Shown here: positions 37,439-46,079 of the stretch, piece by piece
Numbering within the stretch: the stretch's first letter is position 1
Layout of the letters: each line of letters opens with the position of its first letter
Origin: Pseudomonadota bacterium
GTDB lineage: Bacteria; Pseudomonadota; Alphaproteobacteria; Kiloniellales; J153
DNA length: 64,000 nt
Assembly: GCA_022572685.1 (NCBI GenBank)
Contig: JACZVL010000001.1
Coordinates: forward strand, 3,914 to 67,913
Direction: 5' to 3'
Position numbers and translations under genes: made by a program
The notes under the pieces: model-generated
Seen by the model: the letters and a program-made list of their open reading frames with translations, nothing else
Told to the model about the DNA's origin: nothing
The model's database searches: none

Positions 37439-37497
37439 TATTAATAAGATGCTTGATATAGCGATTTCTCTTGCACTACCGGGTGATTGTGGGCGGG

Positions 37498-38655
37498 TCA
37501 GGAACGGCCGAACAGCGCCTTGAGGCGCGCCCAGAGCACCGAAAACAGCAAGCCCCCGGCATCGAGTTTGGCCTCGAGGGGGGCCGGCGCGGCCTGGCCG
37601 CTGGCCTCGGCGTCGAGCTGCGCCTGGAGGTTCTCGGCGAAGGCGGCGGTCAGGCGGCCGGCCAGATCGGTCACGATCCCGGCGCGGCTGAACTGGGCCA
37701 GCGGGCCGGCCAGCGCGAAGGCGACCTCGATCTCGACCCGGGTCGCCCCGTCCCCCTGCTCGATCAGGCGGTAGGCGATCCGCCCCTTGGCCCGGGTCGC
37801 GCTGCGCTGGTCGCGGCCGCTGCCCTCGATGATCCCCCGGTACGCGGCCTGGTCGAGCGCCAGGGTCGCCGCGCCGGCGAAGGTCGCCCCCATGGGTCCG
37901 AGCTTGATCGCGATGCGGCCCACCAGGTGGCCGTCGCGCGGCGGCTCGGTGAGCGCCGCGCCGGGCATGCAGGCCGCGACCCGTTCCACGTCCTCGAACA
38001 TCGCCCAGACCCGCGCCCGGGGATGGCGCACCACGAAGCTTTGCGCAAGCGTGGTCATGCCCGCGTCGGGCCCCGCGGAGGTCATGCCGGGCACCGTGGG
38101 GGCCACCACGGCGGGTCGGGGTATCGGCGCGGCCGGCCCGCGCACGACGGCGGGGGACGGCGCGGATACCCCTGCCTCGCCCGCGGCCCGGCGTTCCTCG
38201 AGCACGCGGCGCACCGCGGCCACGATCCCGGCATAGCCCGTGCAGCGGCAGAGATTGCCCGCGAGTTCGACCCGGACGCGGGCCTCGTCCGCCTCGGGCA
38301 GGCGGGTCGCGATGTCGCGTGCCGCGATCAACATGCCCGGGGTGCAGTAGCCGCACTGCAGGGCATGTTCCTGCGTAAAGGCCTGGCGCAGCCGCGCCAT
38401 CACCGGGTCGTCGTCGAAGCCTTCGATGGTGCGCACCTCGGCGCCGTCGCAGGCGATCGCGAAGATGATGCAGGCGCGGGCGATCTGGCCGTCGATTTCG
38501 ACCGTGCAGGCGCCGCAGACACCGTGCTCGCAGCCGAGACGGGTGCCGGTCAGCAACAGCTGCTCGCGCAGGAAGTCGGCCAGGTGGGTGCGCGGCTCGA
38601 CCGCGGCGGTCACGGCCTTGCCGTTGACGGTGAGGGTGACGGTGGCCGCGGTCAT
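37498..38655 (-). CDS. Fusion protein: [2Fe-2S] CoxS-like small subunit plus C-terminal CoxG-like SRPBCC domain
   Basis: Starts MTAATVTLTVNGK at ATG 38655, an ATGA overlap with the upstream gene. The N-terminal half has [18 protein letters not shown] and CRCTGY. A Pro/Ala linker follows. The C-terminal half (FVVRHPRARVWAMFEDVERVAACMPGA...) ends ...VLWARLKALFGRS, like the free CoxG at 20968-21546. Confidence 0.85.
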   Translation of the reverse strand: MTAATVTLTVNGKAVTAAVEPRTHLADFLREQLLLTGTRLGCEHGVCGACTVEIDGQIARACIIFAIACDGAEVRTIEGFDDDPVMARLRQAFTQEHALQCGYCTPGMLIAARDIATRLPEADEARVRVELAGNLCRCTGYAGIVAAVRRVLEERRAAGEAGVSAPSPAVVRGPAAPIPRPAVVAPTVPGMTSAGPDAGMTTLAQSFVVRHPRARVWAMFEDVERVAACMPGAALTEPPRDGHLVGRIAIKLGPMGATFAGAATLALDQAAYRGIIEGSGRDQRSATRAKGRIAYRLIEQGDGATRVEIEVAFALAGPLAQFSRAGIVTDLAGRLTAAFAENLQAQLDAEASGQAAPAPLEAKLDAGGLLFSVLWARLKALFGRS

Positions 38656-39461
38656 GACAGGGTCCGGATCGCGCGTTCGAGGGCGACCGCGTGAATCTGC
38701 AGGCTGTAGGCGTCGGCCCCCAGGCCGCCCTCGCGCAGCAGCTCGACCACCGCCGCGCGGTCGCTCCGCGCGACCAGCCGGCTGGCGTCCTCGATGACGA
38801 TGGGCCGGGATTCGGTGGCCCCGGCCACGGCGCGGCAGACCCCGCGCTCGGGATCGTGCAGCACCGCGCCGATGGCGTGGGCGAACTCGCCGGGCTTGCG
38901 GTTCACCTTGTAGTAGCCCCAGCGCGCGCCGGCGCCCAGGCGGGGCACGCGCACCGCCTCCAGGATCTCGTCGGCCTCGAGCGCCGTCTCGAACCCGCCG
39001 CGCATGAACTCGGCCACGGCCAGTTCGCGGCGGCCGGAGGGGCCGTGGACGACGATCTCGGCGCCGAGCGCGGTCAGGCAGGTGATCCAGTCGGCCGCGG
39101 GGTCGGCGTGCGCCAGGCTGCCGCCGATGGTGCCGCGGCTGCGCACGGCGCGATAGGCGATGCCCTGGGCGACCGCCGGCAGCACCCCGCCGGTCACGTC
39201 CGGCACGCGGCCGTCCTCGATCGCCGCGTGGGTGGTGCAGGCGCCGAGCAGCACGCCGTCGCCATCCTCCTCGACCCGGGTGAGCTCGGGGATCCGCGTG
39301 ATGTCGACCAGCAGGTCCGGCTGCACCAGGCGCAGATTGAGCATCGGCCCGAGCGACTGCCCGCCGGCCAGGCACTTCACGACGGTTCCGCGCGTGCCCA
39401 GCAGCGCCACCGCCTCACCGAGGCTGGCGGGCCGCGCGTAGTCGAAGCGGGCCGGCTTCAC
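38652..39461 (-). CDS. Molybdenum hydroxylase FAD-binding medium subunit (CoxM-like), second copy
   Basis: 269 aa. GTG start in a GTGA overlap with the large-subunit stop. Contains LAGGQSLGPMLNLR and RGTIGGSLAHADPAAD. Confidence 0.9.
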   Translation of the reverse strand: MKPARFDYARPASLGEAVALLGTRGTVVKCLAGGQSLGPMLNLRLVQPDLLVDITRIPELTRVEEDGDGVLLGACTTHAAIEDGRVPDVTGGVLPAVAQGIAYRAVRSRGTIGGSLAHADPAADWITCLTALGAEIVVHGPSGRRELAVAEFMRGGFETALEADEILEAVRVPRLGAGARWGYYKVNRKPGEFAHAIGAVLHDPERGVCRAVAGATESRPIVIEDASRLVARSDRAAVVELLREGGLGADAYSLQIHAVALERAIRTLS

Positions 39462-41842
39462 GATCCGCCGCCTTGCGCCCCATCTCGCTGCGCCCCATCT
39501 CGCTGTGCCCCATCTCGCTGCGCCTTCGCGATGGCGGCCAGTAAGCGGCGCGGCGTGATCGGCGTTTCGGTGACCTCGGCGCCGAGCGGCCGGAGCGCGT
39601 CGTTGACCGCGTTGGCGATGGCGGCCGGCGGGGCGATGGCGCCGCCCTCGCCGATGCCCTTGACGCCGAACTCGGTATAGGGCGAGAGCGTCTCCATGTG
39701 CCCGATGCGCAGGGAAGGCACCTCGGTGGCGCCTGGGATCAGGTAGTCGGCGAGGGTCGAGGCGAGCGGCTGGCCGGCCGCATCGAAGGGCATCTCCTCA
39801 TAGAGCGCGGTGCCGATGCCCTGGGCCGCGCCGCCCTGAATCTGGCCGTCGACGATCATCGGATTGACCAGCTTGCCGCCGTCCTCGATCACCACGTAGT
39901 CGAGGATCTCGACCGCGCCGAGCTCCGCATCGACCGCCACCACCACGGCGTGGCTGGCGTAGCTGAAGGTCCCCGAATCCCGTTCCGGCTTGTAGCCGGC
40001 GGTGATCTCCAGGCCGGCCGGATCGACATCGTCGGGCAGGTCCTGGGGGCGCAGGTACCAGACCTGGGCGACCTCGTCGATGCCGACGCTGCCGGCCGCC
40101 CCGCGCACCCGCCCGTCTTCGAGCGCGACCTCCGCCACCGGCACCTGAAGCAGGCCGGCACCGATCTTCATAATCCGCCCCGCCAGCGCGCGGCAGCCGG
40201 TCGCGACCGCGCCGCCGGCCATGACCATGCAGCGCGAGCCCCAGGTGCCGGTCGAGTAGGGCGTGAGCTGGGTATCGCCGTGGACCACCTTCACCTTGTC
40301 GATGGCGATGCCGAGGATCTCGTTGACCACCTGCGCCAGGGTGGTTTCCAGGCCCTGGCCGTGGGAATGCACGCCGACCCGGACCTCGAGCCCGCCATCG
40401 GGGGTGATCCGCAGCGCGGCCTGCTCGTGGCCCGGCACCATGGGGATGCCCCAGCCCGCATAGACCGAGGTGCCGTGGGCCGCCTGCTCGCAGTAGATCG
40501 CCAGGCCGAGGCCGATCAGCCGGCCGTCGGCCTCGCCCCGCTGCTGGCGCGCGCGGACCGCGGGCAGGTCGATCTCGGCGACCGCGCGGCGCAGCGATTC
40601 GGGGTAGTCGCCGCTGTCGAAGTGCTTGCCCGTGATGTTGTCGAAGGGCATGGCCTCGGGCGGGACCAGGTTCTTGAGCCGCACCTCGTGGGGTTCCAGC
40701 CCGGCCTCGCGCGCGATCGCATCGATGATCAGCTCCATGGCGAAGCAGACCCCGGTCCGGGCGACGCCGCGGTAGGGCATGATCGGCGACTTGTTGCTGG
40801 CCACCGACCAGGTCCGGCAGCGGTAGACCGGCAAATCGTAGGGTCCCGGCAGGATGCTGCCGATCTGGGCCGCCTCCAGGCAGGCGGAGAAGGGATAGAT
40901 GGAGTAGGCGCCGGAATCGACCGTGGCCTCGGCGTCGATGGCGAGCAGCCGGCCGTCGGCCTCGGCATAGGCGGTGATCAGGTAGTGGTGCTCGCGGCAG
41001 TTGGCGCCCGCGGTCAGGTGCTCGCGCCGGTCCTCGATCCAGCGCAGCGGGTGCCCGAGCCGCATGGTCAGCCACGACAGGCAGACCTCCTCGGGCAGCA
41101 GGACGCCCTTGTAGCCGAAGCCGCCGCCGACATCGGGCGCCACCACCCGGACCTGGCCGTGATCGAGGCCCAGGCACTCGCACAATCCGGTCCGCGTGAC
41201 ATGGGGCATCTGGGCGGCGCTGTGGACGATCAGCTGATCGAGCCGTGGGTCCCAGGCGGCGACCACGCCGCGGCCCTCGATCGGCATCATGCACTGGCGC
41301 GCGGTCCGCAATTCGCGGGTGACCCGGATCGCCGCCTTGTCCTTGACCGATTCCACGTCACCGTCGACCAGGGACTCGAGAAAGACGTTGTCGCCCCATT
41401 CCTCGTGGACCAGGGGCGCATCGGGCGCGCGCGCCGCGATCATGTCGACCACCGCCGGCAGCTCCTCGAAATCGACCTCGATCTCGGCCGCGATGTCCTC
41501 GGCCTCGGCGCGCGTGTCGGCGACGCAGGCCGCGATCGCCTCGCCGACCTGGCGCACCTTGTTCCGGGCCAGGCAGGGCTGTTCGGAGGGCTTGAAGCCG
41601 GGCAGGCTGGAGACCGCCCGGATCGGTTTCACGCCCGCCAGGTCGGCCGCCGTGAACACCGCGTCGCGCCATTTCCCGGGGATATGGATGTCGCCGATGC
41701 GGGCGTGGGCGAGCGGGCTGCGCAGGAACGCCACTTCCTTCATGCCGGGCAGCTTGATGTCGGCGACGAATTGGCCGCGGCCGCGCAGGTAGCGGTCGTC
41801 TTCCTTGCGCGGGACAGACTTGCCGACCCCCTGCCCGGACAT
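39458..41842 (-). CDS. Molybdopterin-binding large subunit (CoxL/xanthine dehydrogenase family), second copy
   Basis: 794 aa. Contains GKSVPRKEDDRYLRGRGQFVAD. The active-site-region motif is YRGVARTG. The C-terminus carries the repeat-encoded (AQRDG)x3. Confidence 0.9.
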   Translation of the reverse strand: MSGQGVGKSVPRKEDDRYLRGRGQFVADIKLPGMKEVAFLRSPLAHARIGDIHIPGKWRDAVFTAADLAGVKPIRAVSSLPGFKPSEQPCLARNKVRQVGEAIAACVADTRAEAEDIAAEIEVDFEELPAVVDMIAARAPDAPLVHEEWGDNVFLESLVDGDVESVKDKAAIRVTRELRTARQCMMPIEGRGVVAAWDPRLDQLIVHSAAQMPHVTRTGLCECLGLDHGQVRVVAPDVGGGFGYKGVLLPEEVCLSWLTMRLGHPLRWIEDRREHLTAGANCREHHYLITAYAEADGRLLAIDAEATVDSGAYSIYPFSACLEAAQIGSILPGPYDLPVYRCRTWSVASNKSPIMPYRGVARTGVCFAMELIIDAIAREAGLEPHEVRLKNLVPPEAMPFDNITGKHFDSGDYPESLRRAVAEIDLPAVRARQQRGEADGRLIGLGLAIYCEQAAHGTSVYAGWGIPMVPGHEQAALRITPDGGLEVRVGVHSHGQGLETTLAQVVNEILGIAIDKVKVVHGDTQLTPYSTGTWGSRCMVMAGGAVATGCRALAGRIMKIGAGLLQVPVAEVALEDGRVRGAAGSVGIDEVAQVWYLRPQDLPDDVDPAGLEITAGYKPERDSGTFSYASHAVVVAVDAELGAVEILDYVVIEDGGKLVNPMIVDGQIQGGAAQGIGTALYEEMPFDAAGQPLASTLADYLIPGATEVPSLRIGHMETLSPYTEFGVKGIGEGGAIAPPAAIANAVNDALRPLGAEVTETPITPRRLLAAIAKAQRDGAQRDGAQRDGAQGGGS
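39475..39524. repeat. In-frame tandem repeat, 3 x 15 bp (G[C/T]GCCCCATCTCGCT) plus a partial unit, at the 3' end of the large-subunit gene
   Basis: Read directly. Encodes AQRDGAQRDGAQRDG and lies 14 nt upstream of the medium-subunit GTG start. Confidence 0.9.
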
Positions 41843-41846
41843 GGGT

Positions 41847-42608
41847 TCAGCCGGTCCTGGCGTTCAGGAGATCGATATCGAGTCGTATGCAATCGCCGCG
41901 ATAGACGATATCCGCGACGTAGATGGCGACGCCGCGGTCGTCGACCACCACGCAGTGCGCCTCCGCCGTGGGCGCGTTCAGGGCGAGGCCGAGAAGCTGC
42001 GCCGTCTCCATGTCGGCCGCGCCGATCATCAAGGTCTGGTGCGCGCGCGCGATCGTCACGCCCTTCAGCGTCGAGAGGACCGAGAGCGCGGTCCGGGTCC
42101 GGAAGCGTTTCGGCGCCTGCTCGAAAACCTCCTTGGCCACATGCACCCGCGCGAAGGCATAGGGCTCGTTGTCCCGGGACTGCAGGCTCTTGATGAAGGC
42201 ATATTCCTCCGCCGCCGTGCCGTCGCCGGGATCGATGCGCGGCTCGGGCGGCGGTCCCTCGTTCGGGATCACGTGCGGCACGTTGTCCTTGATGCTGTCG
42301 ATCAGGGTTTCCCAGTCGGTCGCCAGGCGCAGCCAGCGGCGATCCGGCGGAATACCGGTGACGAAGGTGCCGCGACCCTGCTGGCGCTGGACCAGCCCTT
42401 CCTTCTCCAGGATATCCACGGCCTGGCGGACGGTGACGCGCGCGACCTGAAATTCGGCCTCGAGCTCTTCCAGGGTCGAGATCTTGTCGCCGGGCGACCA
42501 GCGGCCGTCTTCGATCCGCTGCCGCAGGGTCGCCGCGATCTGCACGTAGAGCGGCGCGCGGCTGCGCTCGTAGGTTTGGGCGAGGCTGTGTGCTGGGTTT
42601 CGTGACAT
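41847..42608 (-). CDS. GntR-family transcriptional regulator, HutC subfamily
   Basis: Begins MSRNPAHSLAQTYERSRAPLYVQIAATLRQRIEDGRW at ATG 42608. The wHTH is LEELEAEFQVARVTVRQAVDILEKEGLVQRQQGRGTFV, followed by a UTRA-like C-terminus. The longer track ORF is read-through. Confidence 0.85.
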   Translation of the reverse strand: MSRNPAHSLAQTYERSRAPLYVQIAATLRQRIEDGRWSPGDKISTLEELEAEFQVARVTVRQAVDILEKEGLVQRQQGRGTFVTGIPPDRRWLRLATDWETLIDSIKDNVPHVIPNEGPPPEPRIDPGDGTAAEEYAFIKSLQSRDNEPYAFARVHVAKEVFEQAPKRFRTRTALSVLSTLKGVTIARAHQTLMIGAADMETAQLLGLALNAPTAEAHCVVVDDRGVAIYVADIVYRGDCIRLDIDLLNARTG

Positions 42609-42630
42609 GGTTCCGACCGGGTCTCCATAG

Positions 42631-42642
42631 TTGTACGTACAA
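42631..42642. promoter_or_regulatory. Perfect 12-bp palindrome TTGTACGTACAA in the GntR/pxpA-F420 divergent promoter
   Basis: Read directly, 23 nt upstream of the GntR start. A further TTGTAC half-site lies ~60 nt downstream. Confidence 0.35.
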
Positions 42643-42795
42643 ACGCAAGGGGGATGGCAACCCTTGCCGGCCCCTGTTTCACCCGCTTTTGGATTGTACT
42701 GTCTTTCTAAACTTAATACCATATGGCAGTGGCATGGAGCCACCGGGAGCGCGCGCCAAAAGCGGGTCCCGAGATGGCGACGAGACAGGCATTCG

Positions 42796-43572
42796 ATGGC
42801 CAGAAAAATCAACCTCAACGCCGATATGTGCGAGGGATTCGGCGCCTACGACATCGGCGACGACGCGGCGCTCTTGAAGATCGTCCGCTCGGCCAACGTC
42901 GCCTGCGGCTTCCACGCCGGCGACCCGGTGGTCATGCGCCGCCTGGTGCTGCGCGCCAAGGAGGAGGGCGTCAGCATCGGCGCGCACCCGGGCTTCAACG
43001 ACCTCTGGGGCTTCGGCCGCCGGCGCATCGAGATGCCCCCGGACGCGCTCGAGTACATGATCGCCTATCAGATCGGCGCGCTGCAGGCGATGGCCGCCTA
43101 TGCCGGACTGAAGGTCACCCACCTCAAGCCCCACGGGGCGCTCAACAACATGGCGGCCGAGGACCGGGACCTGGCGCTGGCCATCGGCCGGGCCATGAAA
43201 ACCGTCGACCCCGGCATCATCTACGTCGCGCTGGCCGGCTCGGAGATGGCGGCGGCGGCCGAGGAGCTGGGCCTGCCGCTGGCCCGCGAGGCCTTCGCGG
43301 ACCGTCTCTACGAGGACGACGGCAACCTGACCCCGCGCAAGATCGAGGGCAGCGTGATCCGCGACCCGGAGGTCGCGCGCGCGCGCGCCGTCGCCATGGT
43401 CGAGGAACAGGCGGTGACCTCGCGCCACGGCAAGAAACTTCCCTGCCGCATCGACAGCATCTGCGTGCACGGCGACGAACCGACCGCGGTCACCGTCGCG
43501 CGCGCGGTGCGCGAGGGCCTGGAGCAAGCCGGCATCGAGGTCGTGCCCCTGCCCCAGATGGACCTCAACTGA
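42796..43572 (+). CDS. pxpA: LamB/YcsF family protein (5-oxoprolinase subunit A, PxpA-like)
   Basis: Begins MARKINLNADMCEGFGAYDIGDD...VACGFHAGDP..., the classic LamB/YcsF N-terminus. Start at ATG 42796. No pxpB or pxpC is adjacent. Confidence 0.85.
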   Translation: MARKINLNADMCEGFGAYDIGDDAALLKIVRSANVACGFHAGDPVVMRRLVLRAKEEGVSIGAHPGFNDLWGFGRRRIEMPPDALEYMIAYQIGALQAMAAYAGLKVTHLKPHGALNNMAAEDRDLALAIGRAMKTVDPGIIYVALAGSEMAAAAEELGLPLAREAFADRLYEDDGNLTPRKIEGSVIRDPEVARARAVAMVEEQAVTSRHGKKLPCRIDSICVHGDEPTAVTVARAVREGLEQAGIEVVPLPQMDLN

Positions 43573-43610
43573 GGGGCTGAGCGGCCAAGAGGCGAAGGCG
43601 GATAGGCAAC

Positions 43611-44294
43611 GTGGCGCAAGATCGACCTGTCATCGCCGTCGTCGGCGGCACCGGCAAGCTCGGCGCCGGGCTGGCGCGGCGACTGGCGAAAGCAGGCTAC
43701 GTCCTGGTTATCGGTTCCCGCGAGGCGGGCCGCGCGCAATCTGCGGCGAGCGCGCTCGCGCGGGATACCGGTGGCCAGGTGACCGGCCAGGCCAATCGCG
43801 CGGCGGCGGCGGCGGCGGACATCGTCATCGTCACCGTGCCCTTCGCCAGCCAGAGGGCGATTCTCGAGGACATCGGCCCGGCCGTGCAGGGCAAGATCGT
43901 GGTCGATACCACGGTGCCCCTGGTGCCCCCCAAGGTGGCGCGCGTTCAATTGCCGCCGGAGGGTTCGGCGGCCGAGATCGCGCGGGCCACCCTCGGCGAG
44001 GGTGTCCGCCTGGTCGCCGCCTTCCACAACGTGGCGGCGCACAAGCTGATCCAGGAAATCGAGATCGACTGCGACGTCCTGGTCTTCGGCGACCAGGTCG
44101 CGGCGCGCGAGGCGGTCATCGAGTTGGCCGCGGCGATGGAGCTGCGCGGCGTGCACGCCGGTCCGCTGGCCAACGCGGTGGCCGCCGAGGCGCTGACCTC
44201 GGTCCTGGTCGGCATCAACAAGCGCTACCAGGCGGACGGCGCCGGGATCCGGATCACCGGGATCGACCCCGGCCCGGCGGCCCGCGAAGCCTGA
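43611..44294 (+). CDS. npdG: NADPH-dependent F420 reductase
   Basis: 227 aa with GTG start. Contains the Rossmann motif IAVVGGTGKLGAGLARRLAKAGYVLVIGSR and the C-terminal GPLANA...E.LT..L. pattern of NpdG/Fno. Confidence 0.85.
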   Translation: MAQDRPVIAVVGGTGKLGAGLARRLAKAGYVLVIGSREAGRAQSAASALARDTGGQVTGQANRAAAAAADIVIVTVPFASQRAILEDIGPAVQGKIVVDTTVPLVPPKVARVQLPPEGSAAEIARATLGEGVRLVAAFHNVAAHKLIQEIEIDCDVLVFGDQVAAREAVIELAAAMELRGVHAGPLANAVAAEALTSVLVGINKRYQADGAGIRITGIDPGPAAREA

Positions 44295-44301
44295 GGCGGC
44301 G

Positions 44302-45096
44302 ATGACCGTCGCACCGGTCACCCTGACCGCGGTTCCCGGCATCCCGCCGATCGGGCCCCGGGACGATGTGGCCGCCATCCTGGTCGCGGCGCTGGTGGCC
44401 GCCGCCATGACGCCCGCCTCGGGCGACGTTCTGGTGGTCGCGCAGAAGATCGTCTCCAAGGCCGAGGGGCGGATCGTCGATCTGAACGGTGTTACGCCCT
44501 CGGCCCGGGCCCGCGAGCTGGCGGCAAAGGTGGACAAGGATCCGCGCCTGGTCGAGCTGATCCTGAGGGAGTCGAGCGAGGTGGTGGCGCACAAACCCGG
44601 CGTCCTGGTGGTCGCGCACAAGCTGGGCTTCGTGCTGGCCAACGCCGGGATCGACCGCTCCAACGTCGCGCCCCCATCGGACTCCGGGCCGGACTCCGGG
44701 CCGGACTCCGAGCCCGTGCTGCTGCTTCCGGTGGACCCCAACGCCTCGGCCGCCGCGCTCAAGGCGCGCCTCGACGACCATTTCGGCGCGGCACTCGGCG
44801 TCGTGGTCAGCGACAGCGTCGGGCGCGCCTGGCGCAACGGGATCACGGGCATCGCGCTGGGGGCCGCCGGCCTGCCGGCGCTGCGCGACCTGATCGGCCG
44901 AACCGATCTCTTCGGGCGCCGCCTGGAGGTGACTCAGACCGGCTTCGCCGACGAGATCGCCGGCGCCGCCTCGCTGGTGATGGGCCAGGCCGACGAAGGC
45001 CTGCCGGCGGTCCTGGTGAGCGGCCTCAGCTGGCGCGAGCCGGCGGCCGACGCCACGGCGCTGCTGCGCCCCAAGGACCAGGACCTGTTCCGATGA
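44302..45096 (+). CDS. cofE: Coenzyme F420-0:L-glutamate ligase (stand-alone CofE, without the FbiB C-terminal domain)
   Basis: 264 aa. Contains VVAQKIVSKAEGR, HKLGFVLANAGIDRSN and SDSVGRAWRNG. Confidence 0.9.
   Translation: MTVAPVTLTAVPGIPPIGPRDDVAAILVAALVAAAMTPASGDVLVVAQKIVSKAEGRIVDLNGVTPSARARELAAKVDKDPRLVELILRESSEVVAHKPGVLVVAHKLGFVLANAGIDRSNVAPPSDSGPDSGPDSEPVLLLPVDPNASAAALKARLDDHFGAALGVVVSDSVGRAWRNGITGIALGAAGLPALRDLIGRTDLFGRRLEVTQTGFADEIAGAASLVMGQADEGLPAVLVSGLSWREPAADATALLRPKDQDLFR
44679..44714. repeat. In-frame tandem repeat, 3 x 12 bp (GGACTCCG[G/A]GCC), inside cofE
   Basis: Read directly. Encodes the DSGPDSGPDSEP insertion immediately after the conserved NAGIDRSNV segment. Confidence 0.9.
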
Positions 45097-46079
45097 GCCC
45101 GGAAACCCGATCGGCCGGGCCCGTGGTCGCGCTGTGCGGTGGCATCGGCGGCGCCAAGCTGGCGCTCGGGCTGTACCGGCACCTGGGCCCGGACCGCTTG
45201 ACCGTGGTGGTCAACACCGGCGACGACTTCGAGCACCTCGGGCTGCACGTCTCGCCGGACCTCGACACCGTGCTCTACACCCTGTCGGGCCGGAACGACC
45301 CGGACAGCGGCTGGGGCCGCGCCGGGGAGACCTGGAACTTCATGGCGGCGCTCGAGGAGCTGGGCGGCGAGACCTGGTTCCGGCTGGGCGACCAGGACCT
45401 GGCCTTGCACGTCGAGCGGACCCGGCGCCTGCGCGCCGGCGAGCCGCTGTCGCGCATCACCGCAAGCATCGCCGAACGCTTCGGGCTGAAGGCCCGGATC
45501 CTGCCCATGTCCGAGGATCCGCTGCGCACCATCGTCCAGACCCCGGACGGGCCGCTGCCGTTCCAGCACTACTTCGTGCGCGAAGGCTGCGAACCGGTGG
45601 TGACGGGCATCGAGTTCGACGGCGCCGCGGACGCGCGCGCCCAGCCGGAAGTCGTGCGAGCCTTGGCCGATCCCAGCCTGGAAGCCGTCGTGATCTGCCC
45701 CTCGAATCCCTACCTGAGCGTCGACCCGATCCTGGCCGTCCCCGGCCTGCGTTCCGCGCTGGCCGCCTGCCCGGCCCCGGTGGTCGCGGTCTCGCCGCTG
45801 GTCGGCGGCCGCGCGGTCAAGGGCCCGACCGCGAAGATCATGGGCGAGCTGGGTATCGCCGCGACCGCTCAAAGCATCTGCGCGCACTATCAGGGCCTGC
45901 TCGATGGTTTCGTGCTGGATGTGGAGGACGCCGAGACCGCGGGATCGATCGGCCTGCCGACGCTTACCGCCCAGACGGTCATGCGCACGCTTGAAGACAA
46001 GCAACGACTGGCGCAAGCTGTGCTTGAATTCGCGCGGGACCTGGCGGCAGGCGCAAAACAGAAGCGAGCAAACTCATGA
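45093..46079 (+). CDS. cofD: 2-phospho-L-lactate transferase (LPPG:FO transferase)
   Basis: 328 aa with an ATGA overlap with cofE. Contains VVALCGGIGGAKLALGL, VVNTGDDF and PSNPYLS. Confidence 0.9.
   Translation: MSPETRSAGPVVALCGGIGGAKLALGLYRHLGPDRLTVVVNTGDDFEHLGLHVSPDLDTVLYTLSGRNDPDSGWGRAGETWNFMAALEELGGETWFRLGDQDLALHVERTRRLRAGEPLSRITASIAERFGLKARILPMSEDPLRTIVQTPDGPLPFQHYFVREGCEPVVTGIEFDGAADARAQPEVVRALADPSLEAVVICPSNPYLSVDPILAVPGLRSALAACPAPVVAVSPLVGGRAVKGPTAKIMGELGIAATAQSICAHYQGLLDGFVLDVEDAETAGSIGLPTLTAQTVMRTLEDKQRLAQAVLEFARDLAAGAKQKRANS

Larger units (their letters stand above)
36049..37479. other. Low-GC islet (probable horizontally acquired cassette) between two convergent operons
   Basis: Hand count gives 26/60 G+C for 37081-37140 versus 46/60 for 37561-37620. 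Bordered by the direct repeats CGGGTGAT (36041-36048 and 37480-37487) and GGGTCAGGAA (36096-36105 and 37495-37504). No recombinase gene is present. Confidence 0.6.

Noticed and set aside
39698-42193. 831-aa plus-strand ORF opposite the second CoxL-like gene and the GntR gene
   Set aside because: Antisense shadow ORF with no motifs. It spans two well-supported minus-strand genes.
42796-43572. Annotating a complete PxpABC 5-oxoprolinase here
   Set aside because: Only the A (LamB/YcsF) component is present. The neighbouring genes are F420 biosynthesis genes, not pxpB/pxpC.
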